DNA from: Chlamydiota bacterium
GTDB taxonomy: Bacteria; Chlamydiota; Chlamydiia; Chlamydiales; SM23-39
NCBI GenBank assembly: GCA_039179045.1
Contig: JBCDEZ010000012.1
Span: forward strand, 1 to 31,883
DNA length: 31,883 bases
Direction of reading: 5' to 3'
Positions 1 to 11,600 of this stretch are shown one piece after another; the first letter of the stretch is position 1, and each line of letters starts with the position of its first letter. The notes under the pieces were generated by a model, which did not search any database, was not told the origin of the DNA, and was given only the letters and a program-made list of their open reading frames with translations. The position numbers and the translations under genes were made by a program.

Positions 1-915
1 ATTGATCATATACAACCATCTCCTACTGTGGAAGCAATCATCAGCGAGGGGCAACAACCTCAAACTGCGCTAAACACAATAGAAAAAATTTTTTATGCCA
101 TTTTCTCATTTGCGGCAACTCGCAGCCTAAATTGGCTGGCAAAAACCTCTATCAACTGTCTAGGTATCAAAAACTTAACAAGAATCTACCAAGTACTCGA
201 AGGCAAAATGGCCGAAGACGGTATTCAGGAATTGTTCTTGGGTTCTATTTGTAAAAGATTCACCCATAAATCCAAATTCTTTGGTTTTCTGGAGAATAAC
301 AACGTTCCGGAAGATGAGCGAAATCTCTTGATGAGGGCTTCTCAAGGAAATCAGACTCTATTTGAAGAGGGATTCACACCACTCATGGTAGCAATCCACG
401 AGCAGCGCACCGATCTTGCAAAAAAAATCCTCGAACAATGCGAACGAACAGATATCAACCGGACAGCCCTAGGACAGTACAAAGATTTTGCAATGGGCGC
501 TCTGCAGATCGCCATTGACTTGCAATCGCCTCTTCAATCCCAGTTAATCGAAAAAGGGGCTTGTATCCAAGGAGCTGCAATCGCAAAAATCTTAGATCGA
601 GATACCGAACAGTTAGACCAAGATCTGATCTGGCACTTGGAGCGGTATGTCGAGGCTCCTATTGAAAAGATAAACTTTCAAAAACAAATCGGCAGAACGG
701 GATATAGCAAAACTCCCTATTCCCTTGTACAAAGACACATCGAAAATTTGGAGAACAAAATAGCAGCAGGCTCCGAAGAAGGAAACGCCAAAGATAGTAA
801 GCTCAATGAGCTCATACAAAAAAAAGAGGTTTTTGCAAGAATCCTTGCCCATTTAAAGAAGAAGGGCGGCTTGGACAAACCGATTTACAAAGATGCAGGT
901 TTGCTTGCTCAATAA
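1..915 (+). CDS. Ankyrin-repeat protein, putative host-interaction effector (probably 5'-truncated by window edge)
   Basis: Frame is open from base 1 (IDHIQPSPTVEA...). Ankyrin-like repeats EGFTPLMVAIHEQRTDLAKKILEQ and MGALQIAIDLQ...LIEKGACI. Confidence 0.7.
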   Translation: MDHIQPSPTVEAIISEGQQPQTALNTIEKIFYAIFSFAATRSLNWLAKTSINCLGIKNLTRIYQVLEGKMAEDGIQELFLGSICKRFTHKSKFFGFLENNNVPEDERNLLMRASQGNQTLFEEGFTPLMVAIHEQRTDLAKKILEQCERTDINRTALGQYKDFAMGALQIAIDLQSPLQSQLIEKGACIQGAAIAKILDRDTEQLDQDLIWHLERYVEAPIEKINFQKQIGRTGYSKTPYSLVQRHIENLENKIAAGSEEGNAKDSKLNELIQKKEVFARILAHLKKKGGLDKPIYKDAGLLAQ

Positions 916-956
916 AAAGTAGCAAACAAGCCTGGCAGTGCATGGACCGCTTCCGA

Positions 957-1006
957 TAGCTAGGGCTGGAGAAAACCCCTTTTACACTCTTTACCAGCCC
1001 CAGCTA
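957..1006. repeat. Inverted repeat/hairpin downstream of the ankyrin gene (possible terminator or REP-like element)
   Basis: TAGCTAGGGCTGG (957-969) and CCAGCCCCAGCTA (994-1006) are 12/13 reverse-complementary. A T-run follows shortly after. Confidence 0.45.
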
Positions 1007-1307
1007 CACTTTTTACTGTCGTCATATCTCAATGAAAAGCTGGTAAAACCATCAGAAATTCTTCTAGAGATTCTGCTTTTCTAAAGTTTCTATTCATAAC
1101 ATTTTTTGCGTTGCATTCTAGTGCATTAGGCTCAAAGTCAGCAAAAAGAATGTACGTGAATGGTCCACTCTGAAACAGGCTTTTTTGCGAGTCCACTGCC
1201 TAGAGAGATACGAGTTATAAATTCAAGCAATTAGGTCAAAGTGAATTGCGAATGCTTTTTCTTAATTACAGTGCGAATGAGGGTGGATTTTGCATCGTTT
1301 GTTTACG

Positions 1308-2968
1308 CTAATGAAGATTTTCTCGATCATTCTTTTCTTTGCAATGGCTCCGTTCTTTTTGCAGCCCTCCTTGATAAGAGGATGCTGCTTGCTCTTTTCT
1401 GGAAATAAAAAGAAGACAGAATTCCGAGCCAGTTTTTTTCAATCTATTGCATGTTTCGTAGGCTATAATTTTACGCATATCATAGCTCTTGGCTATTTGA
1501 GAATACCTAGCGTATTTGAGGAAGCATTCTATACCCATCTTGACTGAAGAATTGCGGAAAGAAATTCTTGCATAGGGAAAAAGTTCGAGTTTTGGGAGAG
1601 TTTATCTCGACCGAGTCCAGAGCTTTTCCAGGAACTGAAGAAACAAATCACAAATAGCTCTTCTCTCTATTTTTCCACCTTAACCCAATTCTTGAAATGA
1701 ACCGGGTATAAAGTGATTAAGAAGAGACCTTCCATGCTCAATTTTTTGCCAAGAGAAGAATTTCCTTGCACAACCCTTCGGTCAAGATAGGTACATCTAG
1801 AATTTCTTTCTGCTGACAGAAAAAGAATTGAGAATATTCTTCCTTAAGATTGTATCTGGACGAAAGAGAGTATATCCCATTCTACAACAAAAGAGTTCTA
1901 TCGATTTGAACAGGCTTTTTTCATTGGCTTTTGAGAAAAGAGTCCTTAATAGAGTTGATGGAACACAAGTCAATCGTGCATTGCTATTCAATTGAACCCA
2001 GCTTATTTTTTCACGTAGTGCAAATCTTGTAGACATTGACCGCTCTCTCCTAAAGTGACTTTGATGTAAAATTGTTTTACATTTTTCTTTCATCTGTAGC
2101 AATGGAAGTTTAGACACTGGAAATCAATCTATCAAATAGAGCAAAGAAGTAAAAGAATTTGCTAGATAGAAAAAGATGAAAACTCTGTATACCTCTGCTC
2201 TCAAACTGCATTCGGCTAGGAAATCGAGTGCAGAAAAAATTCCTTCGAGTCAATCACCGAGTTTCGCTTTCCTACTTTTTTCTTTTGGGAACTTGTATGC
2301 AAGTTTTTAATAGAACGTTCTACAAGCTCTACGAAAAAATTATAGATTGTGTGATTTAATCGAATATTTTACCGAGTAAAGAGCTTGTCAAAGAGACACA
2401 TTGCTCAGGACTTTCCTCCCTGTGCAACGGTGGACAGTGGTTAGTGGCAGGCGAAGAAAAGAGGAATAGAATAGGAAATACCCCAAGCTCTCCTTGCAAA
2501 GGCTCTTAATAGCTCTAGTTAGAGGAAAAATCTCGAGTAAAGGATGATTGAATCGCAAAGACTGAAAAGAACTACAGTATCTCAAGAACAGGGCATGAAT
2601 AAGGGAAAAACCAAAAAGAGGGAAATATCATATCTTCGTAAATACGTAAAATCCTATCCTAAGAATTTTTCAAAAAGCTCTCGAAAAATAGTGGAATTTG
2701 TACTGAGTCTGTAGAGATATGAGTTAGAGAAAAACGATGGAAATTTGTCACCGCAAAGAAAAAGATTGGGTACCATGGACAAAAAGTCGCTTGTTGAAAG
2801 GAGCTTTGCCTGAATCCAGCACTTTCGAAGAATCCCCAAAACTTTTGAAATTATCCTAAATTCGACTGAAAAGATCGTGCAAATTCCTCGCTCCACAGTT
2901 CTGATTAGATGAGCAACGGAACTATGTGTATTTCTTAGAAACGAAGGATTTTTCTCAAAACCTGTCAT
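1308..2968 (-). pseudogene. Probable decayed lineage-specific gene(s)
   Basis: Successive minus-strand ORF fragments (2654-2968, 2388-2585, 1797-2117, 1308-1538) in AT-rich DNA, with no recognisable domain. Confidence 0.25.
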
Positions 2969-3035
2969 ACAGGAGAAAATATTATTCTTTCGATAAAGGT
3001 TAAAGAACTACACAATAGATGAAAAGATTGGATTT

Positions 3036-4673
3036 CTACAAGGAAGCAAACTCTTCTTGAATGAGCGAATCTCTCCAAGAGTCTTGCTCTAAAATTTTTG
3101 AAAAAGCCTGCTCTTTCCCGAGTATTTGCAAGCTTTTCTTGGCTCGAGTCGCAGCCGTATAAAGAATTTTCTTCCCGAAAGAGGCGCTTTCCTGTCCTAA
3201 AGAGAGCAAGACATGGTCAAATTCGCTACCTTGACTTTTGTGCACCGATAAGCAAAACGCAAGTAAATAACCCCATTTTTCTCCTAAGGGCTGTGCAGGC
3301 AGTTCTCTGAAATCCTTCCCTTCTTGAAAAAGATAATGGTCTTTTTCTGGTGACTGCGCATGGCGCACACACACACCAAGCGTTCCATTGTAAAGGGATT
3401 TTACATAATTATTCTCTGTGGTAATGATCGGAAGATACAACACCTTTTTTCTCAAATTAGAGGCATATTCCAAAAGGTGCTGATTGAAAAATGCAACACC
3501 AAAAGGCCCTTGAATATGCGTTGCCAAAATCTGCCATCGAGCTAAAAATGCAAAGGCTGATTTCGCATTGTTTATCGTAGAATATTCTTCTAAATACTTG
3601 GATAAAAGTCTGCACGCAGTTGTATCTGGATCAGAAATCTTATCCAAAGAAAGGAAGTGTAGCGAGGCACTCTTTTGGAAAAATTCACGAAAATTCACCT
3701 GATCTGGTTTTTCAAGCATAGAGACAAAAACGGACAAGTCTCTCGTTTCAAAGCGTTTTGCTTTTTCTAAATAAGTTGCTTGAAGAGGGGTATGCGTGAA
3801 GTCATGGAACACACTTCCTGCATCGACAGAGGGCAACTGATGAGGATCTCCTACCAAGACCAGACGGGTTTTTTCTCTTATGCTTTCCAAGAAACGGCCC
3901 ATGAGATGCGCGCCAATCATCGAGCTTTCATCTGCCACAATCAAGTCATAGGGAAGGGGGGGGAGAGAAGAGGGAAAAGAACCATCTTTCTTCATTCCTA
4001 AAAGAGCATGTAGTGTCTTTTTGACAATACGCCCGCCTCCCACTCTACCAATCCGCAAGCTAAGCTGGTGCACTGCTTTTCCTGTAGGGGCTGTGACTGC
4101 AATTTCAGCGTCTGGATGGAACCTTAAAAAGAGCTCTAAAAGAGCCACGATTGTGTAGCTCTTACCCGTTCCAGGACCACCGAAAATCAGAGAAAAAGGA
4201 GATTTCCAGACTTGAAGAAGAGCTTTCCTTTGCTGTGCATCGAGAGTCTCAAAAAGAGCGCTCCGAGTATCAGGTAAATCCAGGAAATTTTGGCTTTTTG
4301 CGCTAATTAAACGTCGGATATTCCGAATGATCCTCGATTCATTAATCCAGTTACGCTGCAAATACAAAGATCCCTTCCAAAAGCAAAGGGGAAGAGCTGG
4401 AAAGTCTGCTCTTGTGGAGGGAAAAGCGCAGTAAGAAGAGGAGAGGTATTCTTCTGCCGTGTCGAGTAGCTTCTCTAGTTGTTTTTCATGGGGAGCAAAC
4501 CGAAGTAAATCGCTTTTTGGGCCAAGACATAGATGTCCTCGATCTGTATGATCCCAAAGAGAGGCGAGAAGCAGGTGTTCTTCACTACTTCGGGGTTTGA
4601 GGCTGCGCGCCGCCTCCCAAGCAAAAAAGGAACAAACTGCTTCATACGAATTTTTTTTGTTTTGGTCAAACAT
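3036..4673 (-). CDS. recD: Exodeoxyribonuclease V alpha subunit RecD
   Basis: SLYLQRNW N-terminal motif, Walker A GGPGTGKS, TAPTGKA, VADESSMI, LVGDPHQLPSV, SVHKSQGSEFD, LYTAATRAK. Downstream of recB. Confidence 0.95.
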   Translation of the reverse strand: MFDQNKKNSYEAVCSFFAWEAARSLKPRSSEEHLLLASLWDHTDRGHLCLGPKSDLLRFAPHEKQLEKLLDTAEEYLSSSYCAFPSTRADFPALPLCFWKGSLYLQRNWINESRIIRNIRRLISAKSQNFLDLPDTRSALFETLDAQQRKALLQVWKSPFSLIFGGPGTGKSYTIVALLELFLRFHPDAEIAVTAPTGKAVHQLSLRIGRVGGGRIVKKTLHALLGMKKDGSFPSSLPPLPYDLIVADESSMIGAHLMGRFLESIREKTRLVLVGDPHQLPSVDAGSVFHDFTHTPLQATYLEKAKRFETRDLSVFVSMLEKPDQVNFREFFQKSASLHFLSLDKISDPDTTACRLLSKYLEEYSTINNAKSAFAFLARWQILATHIQGPFGVAFFNQHLLEYASNLRKKVLYLPIITTENNYVKSLYNGTLGVCVRHAQSPEKDHYLFQEGKDFRELPAQPLGEKWGYLLAFCLSVHKSQGSEFDHVLLSLGQESASFGKKILYTAATRAKKSLQILGKEQAFSKILEQDSWRDSLIQEEFASL

Positions 4674-4737
4674 GCAACCATCAACCCATTTGGTATAAAA
4701 AAGACTCTAGAGGAGACGAACTGTGTACACGAGCCAT

Positions 4738-5364
4738 CTATGACAAAGCGTTACCCCCCCTGCGTGCAACCGCGCATCTAGAAAAACAGGCAGCAACTAT
4801 GCATAGATTGCGACTAAAAGTTCCAAACGCATGTCCAAAAATCTGATAGAGCTTTGTACTTTTAGAGAAAACTATAGTGACAAGTTCCAGGAAATGCAAG
4901 AAAGAGCGAAACAACGTGTATTTCTCAGCGGCCTGATTGAATCGAACCAATACAACGCCTTTTTAACTGCGCTCGCCCAAAGAAAAGTCACTGAAAACAG
5001 GCGCAATGTCCCTGCCGTATGAATGGAAAAAAGACGCGCTTTTTAGATAATGGTGCCAATAAAAGGAGGGATTATTCGCCGCAACCAAATTCGCAAAAAT
5101 CCTTTCCAAAGGATCCCGGCCTTTTCGAAAGCTTTAGTCAAAAGTATATCGCAAACTTTTATTGGAATTCCCAAGTTCGCATGCAAAGAGCTCGACAATG
5201 TCGGTGTATTCGCGTACTTTTGGACTGTTTTGATGCCCAGTTTCTGTTCTTTTTGAAAGATCTTCTCGAAGGCAGTCGAATGTGTTTTGGCAAAAAAACG
5301 CCGACGCATCGAAAAGACGATTGTAGGGATTGTCGCTTCGTTCAATTGAAGTTATCTGTGACAA
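4738..5364 (-). pseudogene. Fragmented ORF inserted between recB and recD
   Basis: Overlapping minus-strand fragments (5134-5364, 5043-5345, 4738-4950). The 5364 frame stays open for a further ~85 codons past the TAA at 5134. AT-rich promoter-like DNA at 5365-5444. Confidence 0.3.
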
Positions 5365-5444
5365 TATTTAAGATTTTTAAAACTACTATTCTATAAAAAC
5401 TGACTATAAAATGGTATTTTTTATCAAAAAGAAGAATAGTTTTT

Positions 5445-8400
5445 TTATTTTTTTCCTCTAAAATTTTCGAGAGTAACGAAAAAAGAGGGATGATCCTTGG
5501 AATAGGATAAGACTGTGGGGCCAGAGCGGAAAAAGATGAAAAAGACCCCTCCTATTTCTTCTCTACTCGATGAACGTCGTAAATATTTTTTTACTGCTTT
5601 TTCATACATTGCCCCTTGCTTCTCATAGCCCTGGGCGAGGGCATACTCGATAAGATACGAACCGTAAGGAGAAGGCAGTCCCTCTGGAGGTGCATGCGAC
5701 TTCCAATCGACAAGATACCACTTCCCTTCGTAGAAAAACAGGAGATCGATGACCCCTCGATACAATATTTTCCCCTCGCGGAAAGCAAATGCGACTTCCA
5801 CACGCTTTTCCTTCCAAGAGAGTTCTTGCGCGGAGGGTCCACCAGGAAACATGGGCGTACAAAGGGCTTGGCACACCAATTCCTCAATTTCTGCGTGAAA
5901 GGGATGATAGGTCTGAGGAAGGAGATCTAAGGAAAGCTTTTCTACTCCTTGGCTCCTTTTTTTCAGCTGCTTTTCCAAAAGAGCATGCAGAAGCGTCCCT
6001 GTTTCTGCCCCTAAAGGAAGTCTAGATGAAGATACTCCTTTTTCTTGGGGTACAGGGGAGAAAGAGGCATGGGCGCGAAGGGAAGAAAACGACACCGTAT
6101 CATGTTTAGGTGGGGAAAATTTAGGGGGAGGAATGAAAGATCCCTCCAGAAGGTTCTCTGATTGAGGAGAGTAAGAAGAGGGGTAAAGACGGGTATAGTT
6201 GAGTTCTAAATCATCGAGTAAAGAGATGAGATCTTCCTCTTTGACCTTGCGCATATTTTCATACAGCGGCTGTCCGTAAAGGAAGTGGGATAAGAAGAGC
6301 TCCATGCTCGATGCCGCACCCTCTTCAGGAACATTTCCTACAGTACCGCATACGATAGGAACGTAGAGGCGCTCTTTTGCACGAGTAAGAGCGACGTAGA
6401 GCTGACGGAATTTTTCCGCTTCTCTTTCTGCGTCATGCCCTTTGGTAGGCACTCTTGCAATGAGTCCTAAAGGCACCACCAAGTCAAACTCGAGTCCTTT
6501 ACTCGCGTGGATTGTCATGATTTGCACTGCCTCTTCATCAGCGGCAGGGACGAAGGGTGGAGCTTGCTCTACTCGCTTCCAAAAAAGATCGAATGCAGCT
6601 AAAGAAAAAGGGCAGGTTTGTGCTACTTCAGCCACATGCTCCACGATGCGGAGCGCGTCTATATACTCGCCTCGGTCGTAGAGCCGTTTTCGTACCGATT
6701 TCCCCTGAAAATGTTCTCTACAAAAAAGAGACCAAAAACACCCAAATCCTTGCTTTTCCAATACCTCTTGCCATTGAAAAAAGCGTGTCCTTAAAGACTC
6801 TAACTCAACCTCGGATGCAGCTTGGATTGTATGAAAAAAGTAGCCGCAAAAACTCGTGAAAAGCGCTTTTCGAAAAGCCTTTTCATCGAGTGGAGAGGCG
6901 ATTGCTTGAAAAAGATCGTGAAAAGCTGCAAAAAGGGGGAGCTCTTGCAAAGGCAACGAGGATTTCATCGCACAGGAAAAGCCCCGATTGCATAAAAAGT
7001 CGCGCACTCTTTCTCCCTGAAAGCGGTCTTTTACAAGAATCGCGGCTGTTTTTCCAGGTCTCTCTTTTTGAAAACGTACCAGTACGCGCGCAATTTCTGG
7101 ATAGAGGGACTGCTCTTCGGCCTCTTTTATATGCCCTTTACCCCGCTTGCTCTCGGCATATGAGAGCCAAAAACGGAGCTCTGGAGCGCCTTCGGTGGCT
7201 TCTTTTGCGTAGTGTACAGGAGAGTAAGCGAGAGCATCTCCTGTTTTGGGCAAAAAGAGCCATTCTTTTTTATAAGAAAAAAAACGGTTCAGCCCTTCAA
7301 CGATCGTCCGGTCGGAGCGGTAGTTGGTATCCAACACATAGTGCCGGTCCATAGAAGCGCTCGCCTCTAGATAGGTATAGATATCGGCATTCCTAAACCC
7401 ATAAATCGACTGCTTGGGATCCCCTACAAGATAAAAAGCGCGCGCCGACTGGAAAAAAAGTGCGTGGAAAATTTCCCACTGCAGCTGGTCTGTATCTTGG
7501 AACTCATCGATCATGATCGCTAAATAACTCGACCGCACCTTTTCCAAACATTTTGGATGCCCAAGAAGAGCTGCTGCCTGCTCGAGAAGATCATCGGGGG
7601 AGATGTCTTGCTCTTCGAGCAAGAAGCTCGCAAAGGGCTCTTGCACCTCACTTTGGATGTTGCCAAGAATCCTCTTTACGCTCCGCGCTGTTGCGACAAG
7701 AGGCAAGAGGTGTTGAGAGGCTAAGGAGCTGACCTCTTCCCAAAAAGCGGAGGCGCGCGCGCCTCTTTTTTTGCGGTTTTCGGGAGAAAAATGGCGCAAA
7801 AGACCCGCTTTTTGGTCCATCCACAGAACAAAGCGCTCCCACGTGAGAGTGCCCCGCAAAAAGTCGTGGAAATACGCGACCTCTTCGAGAAGAGAAGAAA
7901 ACGCGCGCTTTTCTTTCCGATAATAGGGATAGGCTTCTTGGAAAAGCATCTCTAAAGAGGGGCGCTCTTGAACAAAAGAAGCGAAATAAGGGGCTTTTTC
8001 CAAGAACATTTCGTATACGCTTTTTAACGGCACAGAACGCCGCTTTTCCCTCCCTTTTTCTAGAGATTGGTACACAGCATCAAAGCTCTTTTTTTCCTGA
8101 AATACCCATCGTAGTTCCAAAGGGTGCAAACGATCTGGATCGAGAGAATACAGAGATTCGCGAAAGAACTGCTTCCGCTTGCGAACGCGCGCACTGTCTT
8201 CCACAAGAGGTAAAGAAAGGGGCATGCCAAGGGAAAAGGCGTGGTCTTGTAAAAGCTGATGACAAAATCCATGGATCGTATAGATGGGAGCCTCATCGAA
8301 CAGATAAAGAGCATTTTCGAGCAAGAAAATCGCTTCTTGGGGAGGGCAAAGTTCCATGTAGGGGTATAAAGGGAGATCTTGCCGGTAGGCAGAGAGGACC

Positions 8401-8612
8401 TCCTCGATATTTTTCCGTATTCTACTGCGTAGCTCTCTTGTAGAGGCATTTGTAAAGGTAACCAGAAGGATCTGATCGAGAGAAAGTCTCTCTTCCAAAA
8501 GCAAGCGTACTGCGATGTGCTGCAAAGCAAATGTTTTTCCCGTCCCTGCTGAAGCCTCAAGTAAACAGCGCCCTTGCATTTTGGTCATAGGAGAGAGAAC
8601 ATCAAACGACAT
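5445..8612 (-). CDS. recB: Exodeoxyribonuclease V beta subunit RecB
   Basis: LLEASAGTGKT, VTFTNASTRELRSRI, IDEFQDTD, VGDPKQSIYGFRNAD, TIHASKGLEF, LYVALTRAK, and nuclease motif GVIDLLF...LVDWKS. Start reassigned to ATG at 8612 (MSFDVL), which has an upstream AGGAGAGG and overlaps the recC stop. Confidence 0.95.
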   Translation of the reverse strand: MSFDVLSPMTKMQGRCLLEASAGTGKTFALQHIAVRLLLEERLSLDQILLVTFTNASTRELRSRIRKNIEEVLSAYRQDLPLYPYMELCPPQEAIFLLENALYLFDEAPIYTIHGFCHQLLQDHAFSLGMPLSLPLVEDSARVRKRKQFFRESLYSLDPDRLHPLELRWVFQEKKSFDAVYQSLEKGREKRRSVPLKSVYEMFLEKAPYFASFVQERPSLEMLFQEAYPYYRKEKRAFSSLLEEVAYFHDFLRGTLTWERFVLWMDQKAGLLRHFSPENRKKRGARASAFWEEVSSLASQHLLPLVATARSVKRILGNIQSEVQEPFASFLLEEQDISPDDLLEQAAALLGHPKCLEKVRSSYLAIMIDEFQDTDQLQWEIFHALFFQSARAFYLVGDPKQSIYGFRNADIYTYLEASASMDRHYVLDTNYRSDRTIVEGLNRFFSYKKEWLFLPKTGDALAYSPVHYAKEATEGAPELRFWLSYAESKRGKGHIKEAEEQSLYPEIARVLVRFQKERPGKTAAILVKDRFQGERVRDFLCNRGFSCAMKSSLPLQELPLFAAFHDLFQAIASPLDEKAFRKALFTSFCGYFFHTIQAASEVELESLRTRFFQWQEVLEKQGFGCFWSLFCREHFQGKSVRKRLYDRGEYIDALRIVEHVAEVAQTCPFSLAAFDLFWKRVEQAPPFVPAADEEAVQIMTIHASKGLEFDLVVPLGLIARVPTKGHDAEREAEKFRQLYVALTRAKERLYVPIVCGTVGNVPEEGAASSMELFLSHFLYGQPLYENMRKVKEEDLISLLDDLELNYTRLYPSSYSPQSENLLEGSFIPPPKFSPPKHDTVSFSSLRAHASFSPVPQEKGVSSSRLPLGAETGTLLHALLEKQLKKRSQGVEKLSLDLLPQTYHPFHAEIEELVCQALCTPMFPGGPSAQELSWKEKRVEVAFAFREGKILYRGVIDLLFFYEGKWYLVDWKSHAPPEGLPSPYGSYLIEYALAQGYEKQGAMYEKAVKKYLRRSSSREEIGGVFFIFFRSGPTVLSYSKDHPSFFVTLENFRGKK

Positions 8613-11600
8613 CTTGCACCTCTCCTTTAAATACGGGAATAAAAAGATCGGTAAAAAAAGGGTGCCACTCTCGGTAAAGTGTCGAAAAAGAGGAGGGAGC
8701 CTCTTGTAAGAAAACCCACGATAGATAGGGATCTTTTTCTTCCTTCCATTTTTTTGCTCTCGCGACAAAGGCGGCCTCTTCTCGCGTCACAAGCTCTTTT
8801 GCCCAGAAGGGAATCAGGGGAGAGGGAGATACAAGCGAGAGGGAAAAATAGGTGAGATAGCGCTGCAAACAGGAGACAGGATCCTCTACGATCCACTCTT
8901 GCTGTGCCACTTTTTCTTTGCCTAGGAAGTAGAGCATGCATGACGTTTTCTTTTCCTGTACCAGGTAGCAAAGGGCTTTTGGCCATAACTCAAGCAAAGA
9001 GGTAATGGTCTTTTCCCTTAGAGTCCACAATCCATTTGGATGCACTCCATCGAGTGTACCTCGTATGGCAACGGAGGAATCTTCCCTAGGAATCGTAAAA
9101 GATACAGGCAGCTCTGTTGCAAATGTGGATCCCATATTTGCCTTTTGTAACGAGGAAAACAACAAGGAGCGCGCCTGGGAAAGTTGCTGTTCGGCTAACA
9201 ACGAAAAGATCCCTACCGGAGAGGCGCTACTTTTTTCTAAAACCTGGCAAGAAGGGCTGACTTCTTTTCCGACCCACTCTTTCTTTTGAAGAAATCGGTC
9301 GAGCGGAGATAGAAAAAATCCCGTCTCCTCTACAGAAGGATAGGGGAGAGTGATATTCATCTGCTTTTGTAAAAAAAACCGCAAAGGGTGCTTCGAAAAG
9401 CGGACGATGTCTGCGAGAAACACCTCAGATAACGGGGAAGGTTCGCGCTCTTTTAAAGAGAGAAAAAGAGGCTTTTCCCTCTCTTCAAGAAGAGTTTTTG
9501 CGAGGGAAAACTGCTCTTGAGAATAGCAGCGGTACGCTCCTTTTTCTTGAAATAAACTCGGGTGGTTGGGAGCAATCGGAATCTCTTTTTGCCAGACCTC
9601 TTTAGGGATGCCAAACTGCTCTTCTATTGAGAGCAAAACAGCATGAACGAGGGGAGAGATAGCAAGATCTTTCCCGTCAGAGGGCATTTTTTTTTGGTAA
9701 CTCACATAGAGGCGCTTTTGCGCGCTTAGAAGAATTTGTAAAAAAACAGAGCGATCAATATCTCCCCTTTTCGGCACGTAGCAATCGAGAAGATCCAAGG
9801 GGCGCTTTTTTTCCTGTCTCGGGAAAGCATCTTCGCTCATTCCCAAAAGGCATATGATCTTGGCAGGAAGCGTAGACGCCTCTCGCAATCCACGAAAAGA
9901 GAGAACGCACTCCTGGACACGTGGAGAAAAAAAGATTTTTTTCTCCAACCGTTCTTCTAAAAACATCACCAGATCTCGGAAGGTCATCATGCCTGTTCCT
10001 GGAAACTGGCGAAGGGAGAGCAAAAGAGCCTCTACTTCTTGACGCATATTCCCCTCTTCAAGCTTCGGAAAAAAATAAAGGCGTATTCTCTCTTCTAAAA
10101 AAGCGCTCCAAAAAAAGAGCGTCCCTTTTCTTTTTTCCTTCAGAAGCGCGCGATCGGATCGAAGATGGGAAAAACAACGCAAAAAAGGCTCTAACCAGTC
10201 CCGATCTTGCCAAGAAATGGAGGGGAAAAGCGGGGGGGAAAAAGGATCAACTGTTTCTGGTTTTTCCATCATCAAAGAACGGAAAAGGCGCGCGCATACA
10301 GACTCCCAATCGTGTCCGATGAAGCAGTCTTTATTCTTGCCTACCGTACTTTCTCGCGCATGCTCCTGATCTATTCCGAAGAGCAGTTCGGTATCTGTGA
10401 AAAACTGGCACACTCTCGCAACTTGCTCTTTAGAGGCTTGGAACTGCATATGGACGGGGGAAAGAGAGAAAAAATCGAGGAGATCTTCTTTTCGAAAAGC
10501 GCCTGTAACCAATTGTAGATAGCACAGAAATGCCTGCAAGAAGAGGCTTCTAGCGATTGCAGGACGCTCCTCTACATGGTAGGCAAGCCCTGCCTGCTCG
10601 CAGGCTAAATCGATTGCCTGGGTGTATGCACTGATGTCAGGGGCGTAAACAGCAATATCGGATAGGATCAAAGAAGGATCTTTCCTCTTCCAAGAAAAGA
10701 TCTGGTCGATCAATGCCTCTACTTCGCGTAACTTCGATCCAAATGCTCCAAAAACACAAATAGAATCATCGGCAAAAAGTGGCGCGCTTTTTTCTTCTGC
10801 TTCGAAAAAAGAACGCTGCAAATGGCCAAGTACACTCATGGGAAATTCCGCTCGGTAGCCCTCTTCGGTTGCAAAGTTGTACGCATCGCATAGGGGAAAA
10901 AATTGCTGTTCGATCCGTCCGCACTGCGACAAAACTTCGTGTCTTATTTCTTTGAGGCCAACAAGATTTCCTTCCCGTTTTGCAGCAAAACGGTAAGATC
11001 GGCGCGAGCGCATATCCTGCCAGTAGAGGGGAGAGGCAGAAAAGTGATACTGGATCAGGGAGGCGTTTTGAGAGATCTGATGCAGGCGCTGTAAGTACAA
11101 GGGGGGCAAAAAAGAGAATCCGAATAGATGGATCACCACCCCATCTAAATCTTTGCAAAGGTCGGGTAAAAATGCTTCCCCTTGAAAGGGGCAAGAGTAG
11201 CTTTTTTGGTCGAAAAGAGCGCTCCAAAGATACTCTTGCCACGTCTTCTTCTGAAGCCACACTTTTTCTTGGGATAGTCCGTAAACTCCGTAAAGAGAAA
11301 ATAGCCGCGCAAGTTCTCTCCTCAAAGAATGGGACTGACTTGGGCAGGGACGGCGCAAATACCCATGCAAAGCTTCGAGAGCTGGCTCGCGTGGGAGAGA
11401 CTCAAAGATTTCTTGCAACAAGAAGAAAATCTGATCTTCTGTAAGAGGGGAAAAAGACGTCTTTTCTCCCTGAAAAACCAGGGAGAAAAAATCTTCGATT
11501 TCCATCCACTCTAAAGAGCAAAGAGCAAAACTAGGATTTCTCTTCGACCAGAAATAGAGCATCCATTCCTTCCAAGGCGAATGTGCGCTCGGCAGCAGCA

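Noticed and set aside
916..3035. Possible IS element or CRISPR array in the long intergenic region
   Set aside because: No DDE/HUH transposase motifs, terminal inverted repeats with target duplication, or regularly spaced repeats were seen.
8613..8768. N-terminal 52-aa extension of the RecB ORF
   Set aside because: Overlaps recC in another frame. ATG 8612 has an SD and matches the usual RecB N-terminus.
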